A stretch of 64,000 nt of DNA from Clostridia bacterium (GCA_017467085.1 JAFTSW010000062.1:4669-68668); one strand, 5' to 3'; numbered from the stretch's first letter, positions 1 through 10,267 are shown. Notes: generated from the letters alone by a model not told the origin. Translations and numbers: made by a program.

Positions 1-1
1 G

Positions 2-1237
2 GAGCTGCAAGGGGTGACGGATTTGCCCCTCCAGCTGGATTCCAACTCCCCCGCGGTCCTGGCGGAGGCAATGCGTGTCTACAACGGCAAGCCTCTTATC
101 AACTCGGTCAACGGGGAAGAGAAGAGTATGCGCGCCATTTTTCCCTTAGTGAAGCGCTATGGCGGCACCCTTATCGCCCTGACGATGGACGAGGGCGGTA
201 TTCCTCCCTCTGCCGAGGGACGGCTTGCCATTGCCGAGCGAATTGCCGAGAATGCTGCCGCCTACGGCATCGGCAAAAAGGATTTGGTGATAGACCCCCT
301 TTGTATGACCGTGTCCTCCGATACGGGCGCCGCCTTGACCACCCTGCGCGCGGTGGCGCTGTTGAAGGAAAGAGGCTTCCGCGTGAGCCTTGGGGTCTCC
401 AACGTGTCCTTCGGGCTTCCTGCCCGGGATAAGCTCAACGCCTGCTTCTTTGCCTCTGCCCTGGAGCGTGGCTTGGACTTTGCCATTATGAATCCCTTTT
501 CCCAGGGTATGATGGATACCTACTATGCCTTTTGCGCTTTGCACGGTCAGGATGAGGCGTGCCTTTCCTATATTGCCTACGCCGCGGGCGGCGAGGAGAA
601 GCAAGCCCAAGGCAAGCCCGCCCTTTCCTGTCGGGAGGCGGTTTTGCGCGGCTTGAAGGAGGAGGCAGTCAAGGAGGCGCTTTTGCGTGTGAAGGAGGTA
701 TCTCCTTTAACGGTGGTGGATGAGGATATCATCCCTGCCCTCAACGAGGTGGGAAAGCGCTTTGAGGAAAAGACCCTGTACCTGCCCCAGCTTCTGATGA
801 GCGCCGAGGCGGCAAGCGCCGTTTTCGATGCCTTGAAGACGTTTTTGCCCCAAAAGGGCAAGGACGAGGGACGGGGTGTTGTGCTTGCCACCGTCAAGGG
901 CGATATACACGATATCGGCAAAAACATCGTGAAGGTGCTATTAGAAAGCTACGGCTTTTCGGTTTATGACCTTGGCAAGGACGTTGCCGCCGAGGCGGTT
1001 CTCGCGGCGGTGGAAGAAACGGGGGCGACCCTTGTGGGGCTTTCTGCCCTGATGACCACCACCCTGCCCGCTATGGAGGAGGCGGTTGCCCTGTTGAAGG
1101 AAAGGCACGCCGCTGTTCGGATAATGGTAGGCGGCGCCGTTTTAACCGAGGAATACGCCGCCCGTATCGGGGCGGATGCCTACTGTCCCGACGCTATGGC
1201 GGCGGTGGCGTTTGCCAAGCGCTGCTACGAGGGCTAA
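2..1237 (+). CDS. metH: Cobalamin-dependent methionine synthase (MetH-type), 3' part; the 5' end lies outside the window
   Basis: The frame is open from the window edge. A pterin-binding (MeTr-like) region is followed by a B12-binding domain with the DxHxxG signature (GDIHDIGKN) and SALMTTT. Confidence 0.8.
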   Translation, partial: ELQGVTDLPLQLDSNSPAVLAEAMRVYNGKPLINSVNGEEKSMRAIFPLVKRYGGTLIALTMDEGGIPPSAEGRLAIAERIAENAAAYGIGKKDLVIDPLCMTVSSDTGAALTTLRAVALLKERGFRVSLGVSNVSFGLPARDKLNACFFASALERGLDFAIMNPFSQGMMDTYYAFCALHGQDEACLSYIAYAAGGEEKQAQGKPALSCREAVLRGLKEEAVKEALLRVKEVSPLTVVDEDIIPALNEVGKRFEEKTLYLPQLLMSAEAASAVFDALKTFLPQKGKDEGRGVVLATVKGDIHDIGKNIVKVLLESYGFSVYDLGKDVAAEAVLAAVEETGATLVGLSALMTTTLPAMEEAVALLKERHAAVRIMVGGAVLTEEYAARIGADAYCPDAMAAVAFAKRCYEG

Positions 1238-1263
1238 TATAAACGAATATAATTGAGGAAAGT

Positions 1264-2118
1264 ATGTATCAGATTATCAGAAAAAGATGCTTGAATCCCA
1301 CGGTGACGCAAATGGATATTGCCGCCCCCCTGGTAGCCCGCAAGGCAAAAGCAGGGCAGTTTATCATTCTGCGCGTGGATGAGGAGGGGGAGAGAATCCC
1401 CTTGACGGTGGCAGGCTATTCCCGTGAGGAGGGAACGGTCAGAATTATTTTTCAGACCGTCGGCGCCACCACCGCCCTTCTTGCCGCCAAGGAAGAGGGG
1501 GAATATATTGCCGACTTTGTAGGACCCTTGGGCGTCCCCACCGAAACGGAGGGACTCTCCCGTGTTTGCGTGGTGGGGGGCGGTGTAGGCTGTGCTATCG
1601 CTCTGCCTGTTGCCGAGGAGCTGCACCGCCTTGGTGCCTCGGTGAGCGCCATTATAGGCTTCCGCAGCAAGGATTTGCTGATTTTGGAGGAGGAATTCCG
1701 TGCCGCCTCGGATAGCCTGACGGTGGTGACGGACGACGGCAGCTACGGCGAAAAGGGCAACGTGACCCAGCCTTTGCAGGTGCTTTTGGAAAAGGGCGAG
1801 AAATTCGACCGCATTATTGCCATCGGACCCTTGGTGATGATGAAGTTCGTGGTGGCAACCGCCAAGCCCTACGGCATTCCCGTCACCGTTTCGATGAACC
1901 CCATTATGATTGACGGAACGGGTATGTGCGGCGGCTGTCGGCTGACCCTGTGGCAGGATGGCAAGCGCGTGACTAAATTTGCCTGTGTGGACGGCCCCGA
2001 CTTTGACGGCTACCAGGTGGATTTTGAGGACGCAATGTCCCGCGGCGCTATGTACCGCTCCTTCGAGCGGCACGCCTACGAGGCAACCTGCAACCTGCTT
2101 AAGAAGGGAGAGGAATGA
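1264..2118 (+). CDS. nfnA: Sulfide/dihydroorotate-dehydrogenase-like FAD/NAD-binding protein (NfnA-type small subunit)
   Basis: 284 aa. It has an FNR-like fold pattern, a GGGVG nucleotide loop and a C-terminal GMCGGCR Fe-S motif. It lies immediately upstream of the GltD-like partner. Confidence 0.75.
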   Translation: MYQIIRKRCLNPTVTQMDIAAPLVARKAKAGQFIILRVDEEGERIPLTVAGYSREEGTVRIIFQTVGATTALLAAKEEGEYIADFVGPLGVPTETEGLSRVCVVGGGVGCAIALPVAEELHRLGASVSAIIGFRSKDLLILEEEFRAASDSLTVVTDDGSYGEKGNVTQPLQVLLEKGEKFDRIIAIGPLVMMKFVVATAKPYGIPVTVSMNPIMIDGTGMCGGCRLTLWQDGKRVTKFACVDGPDFDGYQVDFEDAMSRGAMYRSFERHAYEATCNLLKKGEE

Positions 2119-2119
2119 C

Positions 2120-3535
2120 ATGGCCATTCAACCCAAACGCAACGAAATGCCCACCCAGGACCCTGCCCTTCGTGCCCATAATTTCGAGGAGGTGGCGTTA
2201 GGCTACTCCGAGAAGGCGGCGATTGCCGAGGCGTCCCGTTGTATTCATTGCAAGAATGCCCCCTGTGTGTCGGGGTGTCCTGTCAACGTAAAAATTCCCG
2301 ATTTTCTTTCCGCCGTGAAGGAGGGTAATTTTGAGGAGGCGTATCAGATTATCAGCCTTTCCTCCTCTCTGCCTGCCGTCTGCGGCCGTGTTTGCCCCCA
2401 GGAAACCCAATGCGAGGCAAAATGCACCCTGGGCATCAAGTTTGAGCCCCTCGCCATCGGTAGGGTAGAGCGCTTCGTTGCCGATAGACACAACGGGAGC
2501 GCCGCCCCCGCCCCCGAGCAGCCCCATCCAAACGGGCACCGTGTTGCCGTGGTGGGCTCGGGCCCCTCGGGTCTTGCCTGCGCGGGCGATTTGGCGCGGC
2601 TTGGCTATGCGGTGACGGTCTACGAGGCGCTCCATACCCCCGGGGGTGTTCTGGTGTACGGTATTCCCGAGTTCCGTCTGCCCAAGGCAATCGTTGCCAA
2701 GGAGGTAGAGGGATTGAAGGCGCTTGGGGTTTCTATCCAAACCAACGTGGTTATCGGCAAAACCCTTCTCATTGACGAGCTGTTTGAGATGGGCTTTGAG
2801 GCGGTCTTTATCGGCTCTGGCGCGGGACTGCCCAACTTTATGAATATCCCCGGTGAGTCCTATAAGGGCGTTTATTCCGCCAACGAGTTTTTAACCCGAA
2901 GCGATCTGATGAAGGCGTACCGCGATACCGCCGCCACCCCCATTATGAAGGGCGGACGGGTTGCGGTTGTGGGCGGTGGCAACGTGGCAATGGACGCCGC
3001 CAGAACCGCCCTGCGACTGGGCGCGGAGAAGGTATATATCGTTTACCGCCGCTCCATGGAGGAGCTTCCCGCCAGACGCGAGGAGGTAGAGCACGCTATG
3101 GAGGAGGGCATCGAGTTTCTTCTGCTCAACAACCCCGTTGAAATTCTCGGCTATCACAATCCCGACAACCCACGGGATGAGAAAAACGGCTTCGTAACGG
3201 GTATACGCTGTGTCAAGATGGAGCTTGGCGCCCCCGATGAAAGAGGCCGCCGCCGTCCCGTTGCCATTGAGGGCAGCGAATTTGAGCTGGCGGTGGATGC
3301 GGTGATTATGGCAATCGGCACCTCCCCCAACCCCTTGATTAAAAGCACCACCGAGGGCTTGGAAACCAAACCCTGGGGTGGCATCGTGGTGGAGGAGGCA
3401 ACGGGCTTGACCTCCCGTCCTGCCGTCTTTGCGGGCGGTGACGCTGTCACGGGCGCCGCCACCGTTATCTCCGCTATGGGCGCGGGCAAGCTTGCCGCCA
3501 AATCCATCGACGCTCTTTTGCGGAAAGAGAACTGA
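2120..3535 (+). CDS. nfnB: NADPH-dependent glutamate-synthase-beta-like oxidoreductase (NfnB / GltD family)
   Basis: ATG at 2120 directly follows the nfnA stop, and the ORF-track N-terminal extension is implausible. Two Cys clusters (CIHCKNAPC, CPQETQCEAKC) and two Rossmann GxGxxG motifs (VVGSGPSGL, VVGGGNVAMD) are present. Confidence 0.8.
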   Translation: MAIQPKRNEMPTQDPALRAHNFEEVALGYSEKAAIAEASRCIHCKNAPCVSGCPVNVKIPDFLSAVKEGNFEEAYQIISLSSSLPAVCGRVCPQETQCEAKCTLGIKFEPLAIGRVERFVADRHNGSAAPAPEQPHPNGHRVAVVGSGPSGLACAGDLARLGYAVTVYEALHTPGGVLVYGIPEFRLPKAIVAKEVEGLKALGVSIQTNVVIGKTLLIDELFEMGFEAVFIGSGAGLPNFMNIPGESYKGVYSANEFLTRSDLMKAYRDTAATPIMKGGRVAVVGGGNVAMDAARTALRLGAEKVYIVYRRSMEELPARREEVEHAMEEGIEFLLLNNPVEILGYHNPDNPRDEKNGFVTGIRCVKMELGAPDERGRRRPVAIEGSEFELAVDAVIMAIGTSPNPLIKSTTEGLETKPWGGIVVEEATGLTSRPAVFAGGDAVTGAATVISAMGAGKLAAKSIDALLRKEN

Positions 3536-3582
3536 TTGGCTAGCCAGCTTCAAAGAAACGCACAGAAAGGAAGGTCACGGTA

Positions 3583-3798
3583 GTGAAAAAGCAAAGCATA
3601 TATAAATTTTTTTACTTGGTAGCCGCCCTTTTGGTGTTGGGCTTTCTGATACGCTTCGGGGTGGACGTGTTCCTATACGATACCTATCTCACCTCGGCGC
3701 CCTTATATCTTTTTGCGCTTGTCAGAGCCTTCGCCTTTCTTTTGCCTGCCGCCTTGGTGTTTCTCGTGGGGCTTCTGCTCAAGAAAAAATTAAAATAA
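3583..3798 (+). CDS. Small two-TM membrane protein, function unknown
   Basis: 71 aa with a GTG start preceded by GAAAGGAAGG. It is hydrophobic and followed by a clean intrinsic terminator. Confidence 0.5.
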   Translation: MKKQSIYKFFYLVAALLVLGFLIRFGVDVFLYDTYLTSAPLYLFALVRAFAFLLPAALVFLVGLLLKKKLK

Positions 3799-3805
3799 GT
3801 CCAAA

Positions 3806-3833
3806 CAAATCCGCTTCGGCGGATTTGTTTTTT
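3806..3833 (+). terminator. Rho-independent terminator
   Basis: Stem CAAATCCGC / GCGGATTTG with a TTCG loop, followed by a T6 run. Confidence 0.8.
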
Positions 3834-4028
3834 AGGGAAATGAAAATGGGAATAGTGCCAAAAACGGAGGGGCTTAAATTGTGCAAACTGCCAAAAGTAG
3901 GAAGAAAAGCCGTTTTTTTAGTTTTTTGCATTGACTTTTCCAAAGGGGTGTGCTACATTAAAGGCGGCGATGGAAATCGCCTTCGCTGAAAAGTCAATGC
4001 GCTCTTTCGTTTGCAAAGGAGAAAAGCT

Positions 4029-5984
4029 ATGAGTAAGCAAGCAGAAGCAAAGGTACAGGACAAAACAGAAGCGGAAGCACCCCAAACCCATAAGCGCCCG
4101 AAAAAGAAAAAGATACCCTTTTGGTCCCTTCTTTGGCGGTTTGTAAAGCCCGAAAAGAAGCGCTTGACCGTGGCAATTGTCTTTTCCTTTTTGACGGGCA
4201 TTTTTGTTGCCATTCAGCCCCTGGTTGTCAAGTATATCATTGATACGGGCGTTGGCGGCGCCGCCATTGAGTTTTTCGGCAAGGTCTTTTACGAGGGACC
4301 CAAAACCGAGCAAGCCCAGCTGGTGTTCGTGGTGGCGGCGTGCTGTGTCTATATCTTTATTTGTCTGATGCGCCTTTTGCTTTGGACGATTGGCTACACC
4401 AACGCCCAAAAGGCATTGGCAAGCACCCTATTTAATCTGCGCTCTCAGTTCTTCGGTCACGTGCAGCACCTTTGTATGCACTTCCACGATAAGAACGCCT
4501 CGGGTGAGCTATACAACTATATTATGGGCTCCCCGATGAACAATATCAAGACCTTCTTGGGCTCTATGACCCAGACCTTCCCCTTCCAGGCGGTGGCGCT
4601 GGTTATTTCCCTTGTAGCCTTAACCTCCTACAGCATTAAGCTGACGGGGCTGATTTTGATTATCAGCATCATTATGGCGCTCTTTTACCGCTTCTCGCGG
4701 CAGAAAATGCGCAAGGCGGCAAAGGAATACCTTTCCTCGGAGAACAACGCCTCCCAGTATATTGCGGACGTTTTGCACGGCTCTGAGGCGGTGAAGATGT
4801 ACGCCATTGAGGAGGACACCATTCAGCAGTTCAACGAAAAGGTGGACGACCTGAAGGAAACCAGCCTGCGTTACACCATGCGCAACTATTTCGAGGCGGT
4901 CAAGCCCGAATATACCCATTATTTCGGCATTGGCGTGGTGTACCTTGTGGGCTCCATTCTCTGCATCAAGGGCGAAATCACCGTAGGCGTGTTTTACGCC
5001 TTCCTGTCCAGTATGTCAACCATTCTCTCCACCCTCAGCAGCTGGCTGAACGTGGCAATGACCCAGCCGATGGCGGCAGAGGCGCTGGAGCGTGTTACCC
5101 GTATTATTGACGAAAACAGCACCACCCCCGAGGTACGGGAGGAGGCAAGACGCTCCCTTGCCGTGGAGAGAGCCCACGCACAGAACGAGGGCGAGCCCTG
5201 TATCGCCTTTAACGACGTCACCTTTGCCTATGACGAGAAGCCCGTCTTTGAGAATTTCTCCTGCAAAATCGGCTATTGCGAGAGCATCGGCCTTGTGGGA
5301 AGCTCGGGCTCGGGTAAATCCACCTTTACTAAGCTCTTGATGCGTCTTTATGACGTACAGAAGGGAAGCGTCACCCTTCACGGCAGAAGCGTCAAGGATT
5401 ACGCCACCCACGAGCTGCGCGCCTCCTTTGGCGTGGTGCCGCAGAACCCCTTTATCTTTGCGGGCACCATCTGGGACAATATCCGCATTGCCGCCCCCGA
5501 GGCAAGCAACTATGAAATTATCCGCGCGATGGAGCTTGCCCGTGTGCACGAGTTTGTCAACGAGCTGCCTATGGGCTGGGCAATCGTGATAGGCGACGGC
5601 GCCTTGGCGCTGTCGGGGGGACAAAAGCAGAGAATTGCCATTGCCCGCGCCATTCTGAAAAAGCCCGACATCTTTATTTTCGACGAGGCAACCTCCGCTC
5701 TTGACAACATTTCCGAGCGACTGATTCAGCAGGCAATGGAGGAGCTGATGCAGAGCCATACGGTCATTTTCGTGGCGCACCGCCTCTCCACCATCCGCAA
5801 CGTCAACCGCATTATGGTATTTGACCGCGGACGGGTTATCCAGGAGGGCACCTACGATGAGCTGGCAGCTGAAAAGGGCGAGTTCCGACGCCTGTTGGAT
5901 GCGGCAGAGGCGAAGGACGATTATCTGCGCGCCGACAAGAGAACCATCGACGAGCGCCTGGGCAAGAAGCCCAAGAAGCAATAA
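4029..5984 (+). CDS. ABC transporter, fused permease/ATP-binding protein (exporter type)
   Basis: ATG at 4029 sits behind AAGGAG. An N-terminal 6-TM region is followed by Walker A GSSGSGKST, signature LSGGQKQR and Walker B IFIFDEATS. Confidence 0.85.
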   Translation: MSKQAEAKVQDKTEAEAPQTHKRPKKKKIPFWSLLWRFVKPEKKRLTVAIVFSFLTGIFVAIQPLVVKYIIDTGVGGAAIEFFGKVFYEGPKTEQAQLVFVVAACCVYIFICLMRLLLWTIGYTNAQKALASTLFNLRSQFFGHVQHLCMHFHDKNASGELYNYIMGSPMNNIKTFLGSMTQTFPFQAVALVISLVALTSYSIKLTGLILIISIIMALFYRFSRQKMRKAAKEYLSSENNASQYIADVLHGSEAVKMYAIEEDTIQQFNEKVDDLKETSLRYTMRNYFEAVKPEYTHYFGIGVVYLVGSILCIKGEITVGVFYAFLSSMSTILSTLSSWLNVAMTQPMAAEALERVTRIIDENSTTPEVREEARRSLAVERAHAQNEGEPCIAFNDVTFAYDEKPVFENFSCKIGYCESIGLVGSSGSGKSTFTKLLMRLYDVQKGSVTLHGRSVKDYATHELRASFGVVPQNPFIFAGTIWDNIRIAAPEASNYEIIRAMELARVHEFVNELPMGWAIVIGDGALALSGGQKQRIAIARAILKKPDIFIFDEATSALDNISERLIQQAMEELMQSHTVIFVAHRLSTIRNVNRIMVFDRGRVIQEGTYDELAAEKGEFRRLLDAAEAKDDYLRADKRTIDERLGKKPKKQ

Positions 5985-6007
5985 CCCCGAAAGGACAAAG
6001 AAAAAAC

Positions 6008-6670
6008 GTGGAAAAAACGAAGGTCTGTATATTTGATTTAGACGGTACCCTGCTTAACACCCTGCCTGCTATTGCCTATTTTTGCAATACCGCGCTTGCG
6101 CATTTTGGGCTTTCCACCTTCCCCGAGGACCGCTTCCGCTACTTTGCGGGCAACGGTGCCAAAAATCTGGTGAAGAATATGCTGGACGCCCAAGGGGCGG
6201 ACACCGAGGCGCTTTTCGAGCCCGTCTACACCTACTATAACGAGATTTATAATGCAAATCCCACCAAAAATACCGCTCCCTATCCCGAAATTCCCGCCCT
6301 GCTTGCCACCCTGCAAGAGAAGGGCATCGCCTTGGCGGTTTTGTCCAACAAGCCTCACTACGCCGTTTGCGAAGCGGTGAAGGGCTTTTTTCCCGATATT
6401 GCCTTCTCGGTGGTCCAAGGGCAAACGGAGGCGCTTCCCTTAAAGCCCTCCCCCGAGGGAATTTTCCGCATTTTGTCCGCCGTGGGCGCCAAGAGGGAGG
6501 AATGCCTCTATTCGGGCGATAGCGACGTGGATATGAAAACCGCCTTGGCGGCAGGGGTCTTTTCCGTTGGCGCCGCCTGGGGCTTCCGCGGCGAAAAGGA
6601 ATTGACGGAGGCAGGGGCGTCTGCCGTTGCCGCCAACCCCCTGGCGCTGTTGGATTGGGTTTGCGGCTGA
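6008..6670 (+). CDS. HAD-superfamily hydrolase (phosphoglycolate-phosphatase-like)
   Basis: GTG start. Motif I is FDLDGTLLNT, with later SNKP and GDSDVD motifs. Confidence 0.75.
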   Translation: MEKTKVCIFDLDGTLLNTLPAIAYFCNTALAHFGLSTFPEDRFRYFAGNGAKNLVKNMLDAQGADTEALFEPVYTYYNEIYNANPTKNTAPYPEIPALLATLQEKGIALAVLSNKPHYAVCEAVKGFFPDIAFSVVQGQTEALPLKPSPEGIFRILSAVGAKREECLYSGDSDVDMKTALAAGVFSVGAAWGFRGEKELTEAGASAVAANPLALLDWVCG

Positions 6671-6737
6671 AATAAAAATTTTACATATTTTCGCTTTACA
6701 AATGAAGGACCTTGATATACAATAGAATAGTAAACGA

Positions 6738-6773
6738 GGAGAGTCGCCTGTTTGCGGCTCTCCCTTTGATTTT
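6738..6773 (+). terminator. Terminator-like hairpin between the HAD gene and galT
   Basis: GGAGAGTCGC / GCGGCTCTCC (one mismatch) followed by CTTTGATTTT. Confidence 0.5.
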
Positions 6774-6797
6774 GAACAGAAAGAGGAACACGGGCAA

Positions 6798-8294
6798 ATG
6801 AAGGAAATCTACGGGAAAATTGCCGCCTTAGCGGCTTACGGTATCAGAGAGGGGCTTTGCGCCAAGGAGGATGAGGCGTACGTTATCAACGCGCTCCTTT
6901 CCGTTATGCGTCTTTCGGATTACGAGGCGCCCGAGGTTCTGCCCGAGCTGCCCCTGGAGGCGCTGCTCGGCGCCCTTTGCGACGATGCCTATGCGCGTGG
7001 CGTTATCGAGGCAAACACGGTTGCCTACCGTGACCTTTTCGATACTGCCTTAATGGGCTGTCTGATGCCCCGTCCCTCCGAGGTATGCAGCCGCTTCCGC
7101 GTCCTGCGAGAGGAGAGCCCCGAGGCGGCAACCGATTATTTTTACAGCTTGTGCCGCAAGGGGGATTACATACGCACCTATCGGGTGGCAAAGGATTTGA
7201 AATGGACCTACGCCTCTCCCTACGGTGAGCTTGATATCACCGTCAACCTCTCCAAGCCCGAAAAGGACGTAAAAGCGATTGCCGCCGCCAAGAAAATGGC
7301 GCAAAGCGGCTATCCCAAATGCGTACTGTGTCACGAAAACGAGGGGTATGAGGGCAGCCTGCGCTCCCCCGCCCGTCAGAATTTGCGGCAAATTCCCCTT
7401 GCCTTAGGGGATGGCACCTGGTATATGCAGTATTCTCCCTACGTATATTACAATGAGCATTGCATCGTCCTTTCCGACAGCCATACCCCTATGCGTATCA
7501 CCGAGGACACCTTCCGCCGCGCGTTGGATTTCGTAACCCTCCTGCCTCACTATTTCGTGGGCTCCAATGCGGACCTTCCCATTGTAGGCGGCTCCATTTT
7601 GTCCCACGACCATATGCAGGGCGGCCGCTACACCTTCGCCATGGAAAAGGCGCCCATTGAGCGCCCCGTTACCTTCCTTGGCTTTGAGGACGTGGAGGCG
7701 GGCATCGTCAAGTGGCCTATGTCGGTCATCCGTCTTTCCTCCTCGGATAAGGAGCGGCTTGTCGCCCTTGCCTCTAAAATTCTGTCGGCTTGGCGCGGCT
7801 ATACCGATGAGGCGGCGTTCATTTTTGCCGAAACAGACGGTGAAAAGCACAACACCGTTACCCCCATTGCCCGTCGCCGCGGCGCGCGCTACGAGCTTGA
7901 TTTGGTTTTGCGTAACAACATCACCACCGAGGAGCATCCCATCGGGCTTTACCACCCCCACGCGGAGTGGCATCATATCAAAAAGGAAAACATCGGCCTT
8001 ATCGAGGTGATGGGGCTGGCGGTTTTGCCTTCCCGTCTGAAGACGGAGATGAAGGCGGTAGAGGAGGCGCTGCTTACGGGGAAGGATTTGTATGCCGACC
8101 CTGCCACCGCCCTTCACGCGGACTGGGCGCTGGACATCAAGGCGCGCTATACCCTCACCGAGGAAAATACCGAGGGCATTCTGCGGCAGGAAATCGGCGC
8201 CGTATTCTCTCACGTATTGGAGGATGCGGGCGTCTATAAATGCACCGAGCAGGGCAGAGAAGCGATGATGCGCTTTATTGCCTCTGTGGTTTAA
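6798..8294 (+). CDS. galT: Galactose-1-phosphate uridylyltransferase, long Firmicutes type (family 2)
   Basis: 498 aa. It has the HDHMQGG active-site region and the overall length and pattern typical of Gram-positive GalT. Confidence 0.8.
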   Translation: MKEIYGKIAALAAYGIREGLCAKEDEAYVINALLSVMRLSDYEAPEVLPELPLEALLGALCDDAYARGVIEANTVAYRDLFDTALMGCLMPRPSEVCSRFRVLREESPEAATDYFYSLCRKGDYIRTYRVAKDLKWTYASPYGELDITVNLSKPEKDVKAIAAAKKMAQSGYPKCVLCHENEGYEGSLRSPARQNLRQIPLALGDGTWYMQYSPYVYYNEHCIVLSDSHTPMRITEDTFRRALDFVTLLPHYFVGSNADLPIVGGSILSHDHMQGGRYTFAMEKAPIERPVTFLGFEDVEAGIVKWPMSVIRLSSSDKERLVALASKILSAWRGYTDEAAFIFAETDGEKHNTVTPIARRRGARYELDLVLRNNITTEEHPIGLYHPHAEWHHIKKENIGLIEVMGLAVLPSRLKTEMKAVEEALLTGKDLYADPATALHADWALDIKARYTLTEENTEGILRQEIGAVFSHVLEDAGVYKCTEQGREAMMRFIASVV

Positions 8295-8317
8295 TTTTCT
8301 ATAAGAAAGGAAAAGAT

Positions 8318-9298
8318 ATGTTTTCAAAGCTGGAAACCCCTCTTTTTATACAGGAGGCGATTGCCCAAAAGAAGCCCAAGCCCCTATGGATGGAGCTTTT
8401 GCTCTTTGGCGCCGTCTTTTGGATTGCGGGCGTTATTGAGTCGGTGATACTGACCCCCTTGACCGTCATTGCGATGTTAGGACATTCCGAGGAGCTGATG
8501 GCGCTGGTGGAGGCAGGCGGCGACGCCGAGGCAATGATGGCGTTTGCCGAGAAGCTGTATGCCTCCCCCCTTCTGATAATCGGCTCTCTCTTTGCTACGG
8601 CAGGTATGATTGTCACGGTTATCGTCTTTTGCCGCCTTTTAGAGAAGCGGAGCTTCCGCTCTATGGGACTCTTTCGTCCCTTCGCTAAGGAGTATGCCAT
8701 CGGGGCAGGGCTGGGGCTTTTGCTCTTCGGGCTGTATCTTGTGTTCTCCATCGCCCTTGGACGGCTTTCCTTCCTTGGCGTCAGCCCTCGCTTTAACCTG
8801 CCATTGGTGCTTTGCCTGCTTGTGGGGTACCTGGTGCAGGGCTTTTCGGAGGAAATTCTCTGTCGCGGCTATTTTATGACCTCCCTCTGCCGCACCCTGC
8901 CCTTACCCGTGGCGCTGGTGGTCAGCTCCCTCTTTTTCTCCCTGCTACACGTGGGCAACCCCGGTGTGAATTTCCTTGCCCTGCTCAATATTTTCCTGTT
9001 TGGCATTCTGATGGGCATTTACGTGATTCGCCGCGGCAGCCTTTGGGGCGCTTGTGCCATTCATTCCCTTTGGAACTTCGCCGAGGGCGTCCTGACGGAC
9101 TTTTCCGTCAGCGGTCTGACGATGCCTGCCTCCGTCTTTTCCTTCGGAACGGAGGGCGCCTCCAGCTTTATTGTGGGCGGTGCCTTTGGGCCCGAGGGCG
9201 GCTTCGCCGTCACCTTCGTTTTGACGCTTTTCGTAGTTGTCTTGCTTATGATGGCTAACAAGGATGTAAAGAATTCTTCACAAAACGGCACCCTGTAA
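8318..9298 (+). CDS. CPBP-family intramembrane glutamic endopeptidase (CAAX protease-like)
   Basis: ATG at 8318. Multi-TM protein with motifs EEILCRGY, FSLLH and HSLWN. Confidence 0.75.
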   Translation: MFSKLETPLFIQEAIAQKKPKPLWMELLLFGAVFWIAGVIESVILTPLTVIAMLGHSEELMALVEAGGDAEAMMAFAEKLYASPLLIIGSLFATAGMIVTVIVFCRLLEKRSFRSMGLFRPFAKEYAIGAGLGLLLFGLYLVFSIALGRLSFLGVSPRFNLPLVLCLLVGYLVQGFSEEILCRGYFMTSLCRTLPLPVALVVSSLFFSLLHVGNPGVNFLALLNIFLFGILMGIYVIRRGSLWGACAIHSLWNFAEGVLTDFSVSGLTMPASVFSFGTEGASSFIVGGAFGPEGGFAVTFVLTLFVVVLLMMANKDVKNSSQNGTL

Positions 9299-9364
9299 CG
9301 GCTTTGGGGAAAGGGCATTTCAGCCTCTCCAAAAAGGAAAAAAGAGGCGCCCCTCATAAAAAAG

Positions 9365-9390
9365 AAAAAACCGCCAAAAGCGGTTTTTTC
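9365..9390 (+). terminator. Rho-independent terminator
   Basis: AAAAAACCGC-caaaa-GCGGTTTTTT. Confidence 0.75.
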
Positions 9391-9436
9391 TTATGAAAAA
9401 ATTGTAAACAATTCAATTTTCCGTTTTGCACAAAAA

Positions 9437-9452
9437 ACGCAATATATAGTAG
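9437..9452. promoter_or_regulatory. Putative NrdR box 1
   Basis: ACGCAATATATAGTAG matches about 12 of 16 positions of the remembered NrdR consensus acaCwAtATaTwGtgt. It lies upstream of the nrdG promoter. Confidence 0.4.
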
Positions 9453-9469
9453 TTAGAAATGACGAAAAA

Positions 9470-9485
9470 ACAAAATGTTGTGTTT
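9470..9485. promoter_or_regulatory. Putative NrdR box 2
   Basis: ACAAAATGTTGTGTTT matches about 11 of 16 positions. It is centred about 33 bp from box 1 and abuts the -35 element. Confidence 0.35.
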
Positions 9486-9490
9486 TGGTC

Positions 9491-9519
9491 TTGACAGGGA
9501 CTATATGTTGTGGTATAAT
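9491..9519 (+). promoter_or_regulatory. Sigma-A-type promoter for nrdG-nrdD
   Basis: TTGACA, a 17-nt spacer, then TGgTATAAT (extended -10). Confidence 0.75.
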
Positions 9520-9580
9520 GGCGAGGAACGATACCGCAAGGGAAATTTGCGCCCTTGCCGACCTATTTGGAGAGCAAAAA

Positions 9581-10267
9581 ATGGAGCTGAGAGGACTGCA
9601 AAAAACAACCCTTCTGGATTTTCCCGGGCGGGTCGCCTGCACCGTGTTTACGGGGGGCTGTAATTTCCGCTGTCCCTTCTGCCACAACGCCTCCCTTCTT
9701 CATAGCAAGGAAGCGGAGCTAACGGAGGAGAAGCTCTTTTCCTTCTTAGACAAGCGCCGCGGCATTTTAGACGGGGTGTGCATCACGGGGGGCGAGCCTC
9801 TTTTGCACCGTGATATGGCGCCCTTCATTTCCCGTATCAAGGAAATGGGCTTTTTGGTGAAGCTGGATACCAACGGCAGCTTTCCCTCCCGTCTTCGGGA
9901 GCTATGCGAGGCAGGGCTTTTGGACTACGTGGCAATGGACATCAAGAACTCTCCCGAAAAGTACCCCCTGACCACGGGGACGGGCACGGGCTTTTTAGCC
10001 GAGGTGCAGCAGAGCGTTTCCTTATTGATGAAGGGAAGCGTTCCGTACGAATTCCGCACCACCCTGGTGCGCGGCTTTCACACCGAGGAGGATATGCGGA
10101 AAATCGGCGCCTGGATACAGGGAGCGCCCCGTTACTATTTGCAGCAGTTCACCGATTCGGGGGACGTGCTGGAGGAGGGGCTTTCCGCCTTCGATAAGAA
10201 GGAGTCCGAGGCGTTGCTTGCGGCTGTCCTGCCCTTCGTACCCACCGCCGCCTTGCGCGGACTGTAA
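9581..10267 (+). CDS. nrdG: Anaerobic ribonucleoside-triphosphate reductase activating protein (radical SAM)
   Basis: ATG at 9581 behind GGAGAG. It has the CNFRCPFCHN radical-SAM cluster motif and lies directly upstream of nrdD. Confidence 0.85.
   Translation: MELRGLQKTTLLDFPGRVACTVFTGGCNFRCPFCHNASLLHSKEAELTEEKLFSFLDKRRGILDGVCITGGEPLLHRDMAPFISRIKEMGFLVKLDTNGSFPSRLRELCEAGLLDYVAMDIKNSPEKYPLTTGTGTGFLAEVQQSVSLLMKGSVPYEFRTTLVRGFHTEEDMRKIGAWIQGAPRYYLQQFTDSGDVLEEGLSAFDKKESEALLAAVLPFVPTAALRGL

Noticed and set aside
6690-6773. Promoter-like TTTACA, 17-nt spacer, TACAAT followed about 15 nt later by a terminator hairpin upstream of galT. This could be an attenuator or a tiny sRNA.
   Set aside because: The simplest reading is an ordinary terminator for the upstream HAD gene plus a chance promoter-like match in AT-rich spacer DNA. 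No alternative antiterminator pairing was obvious by eye.
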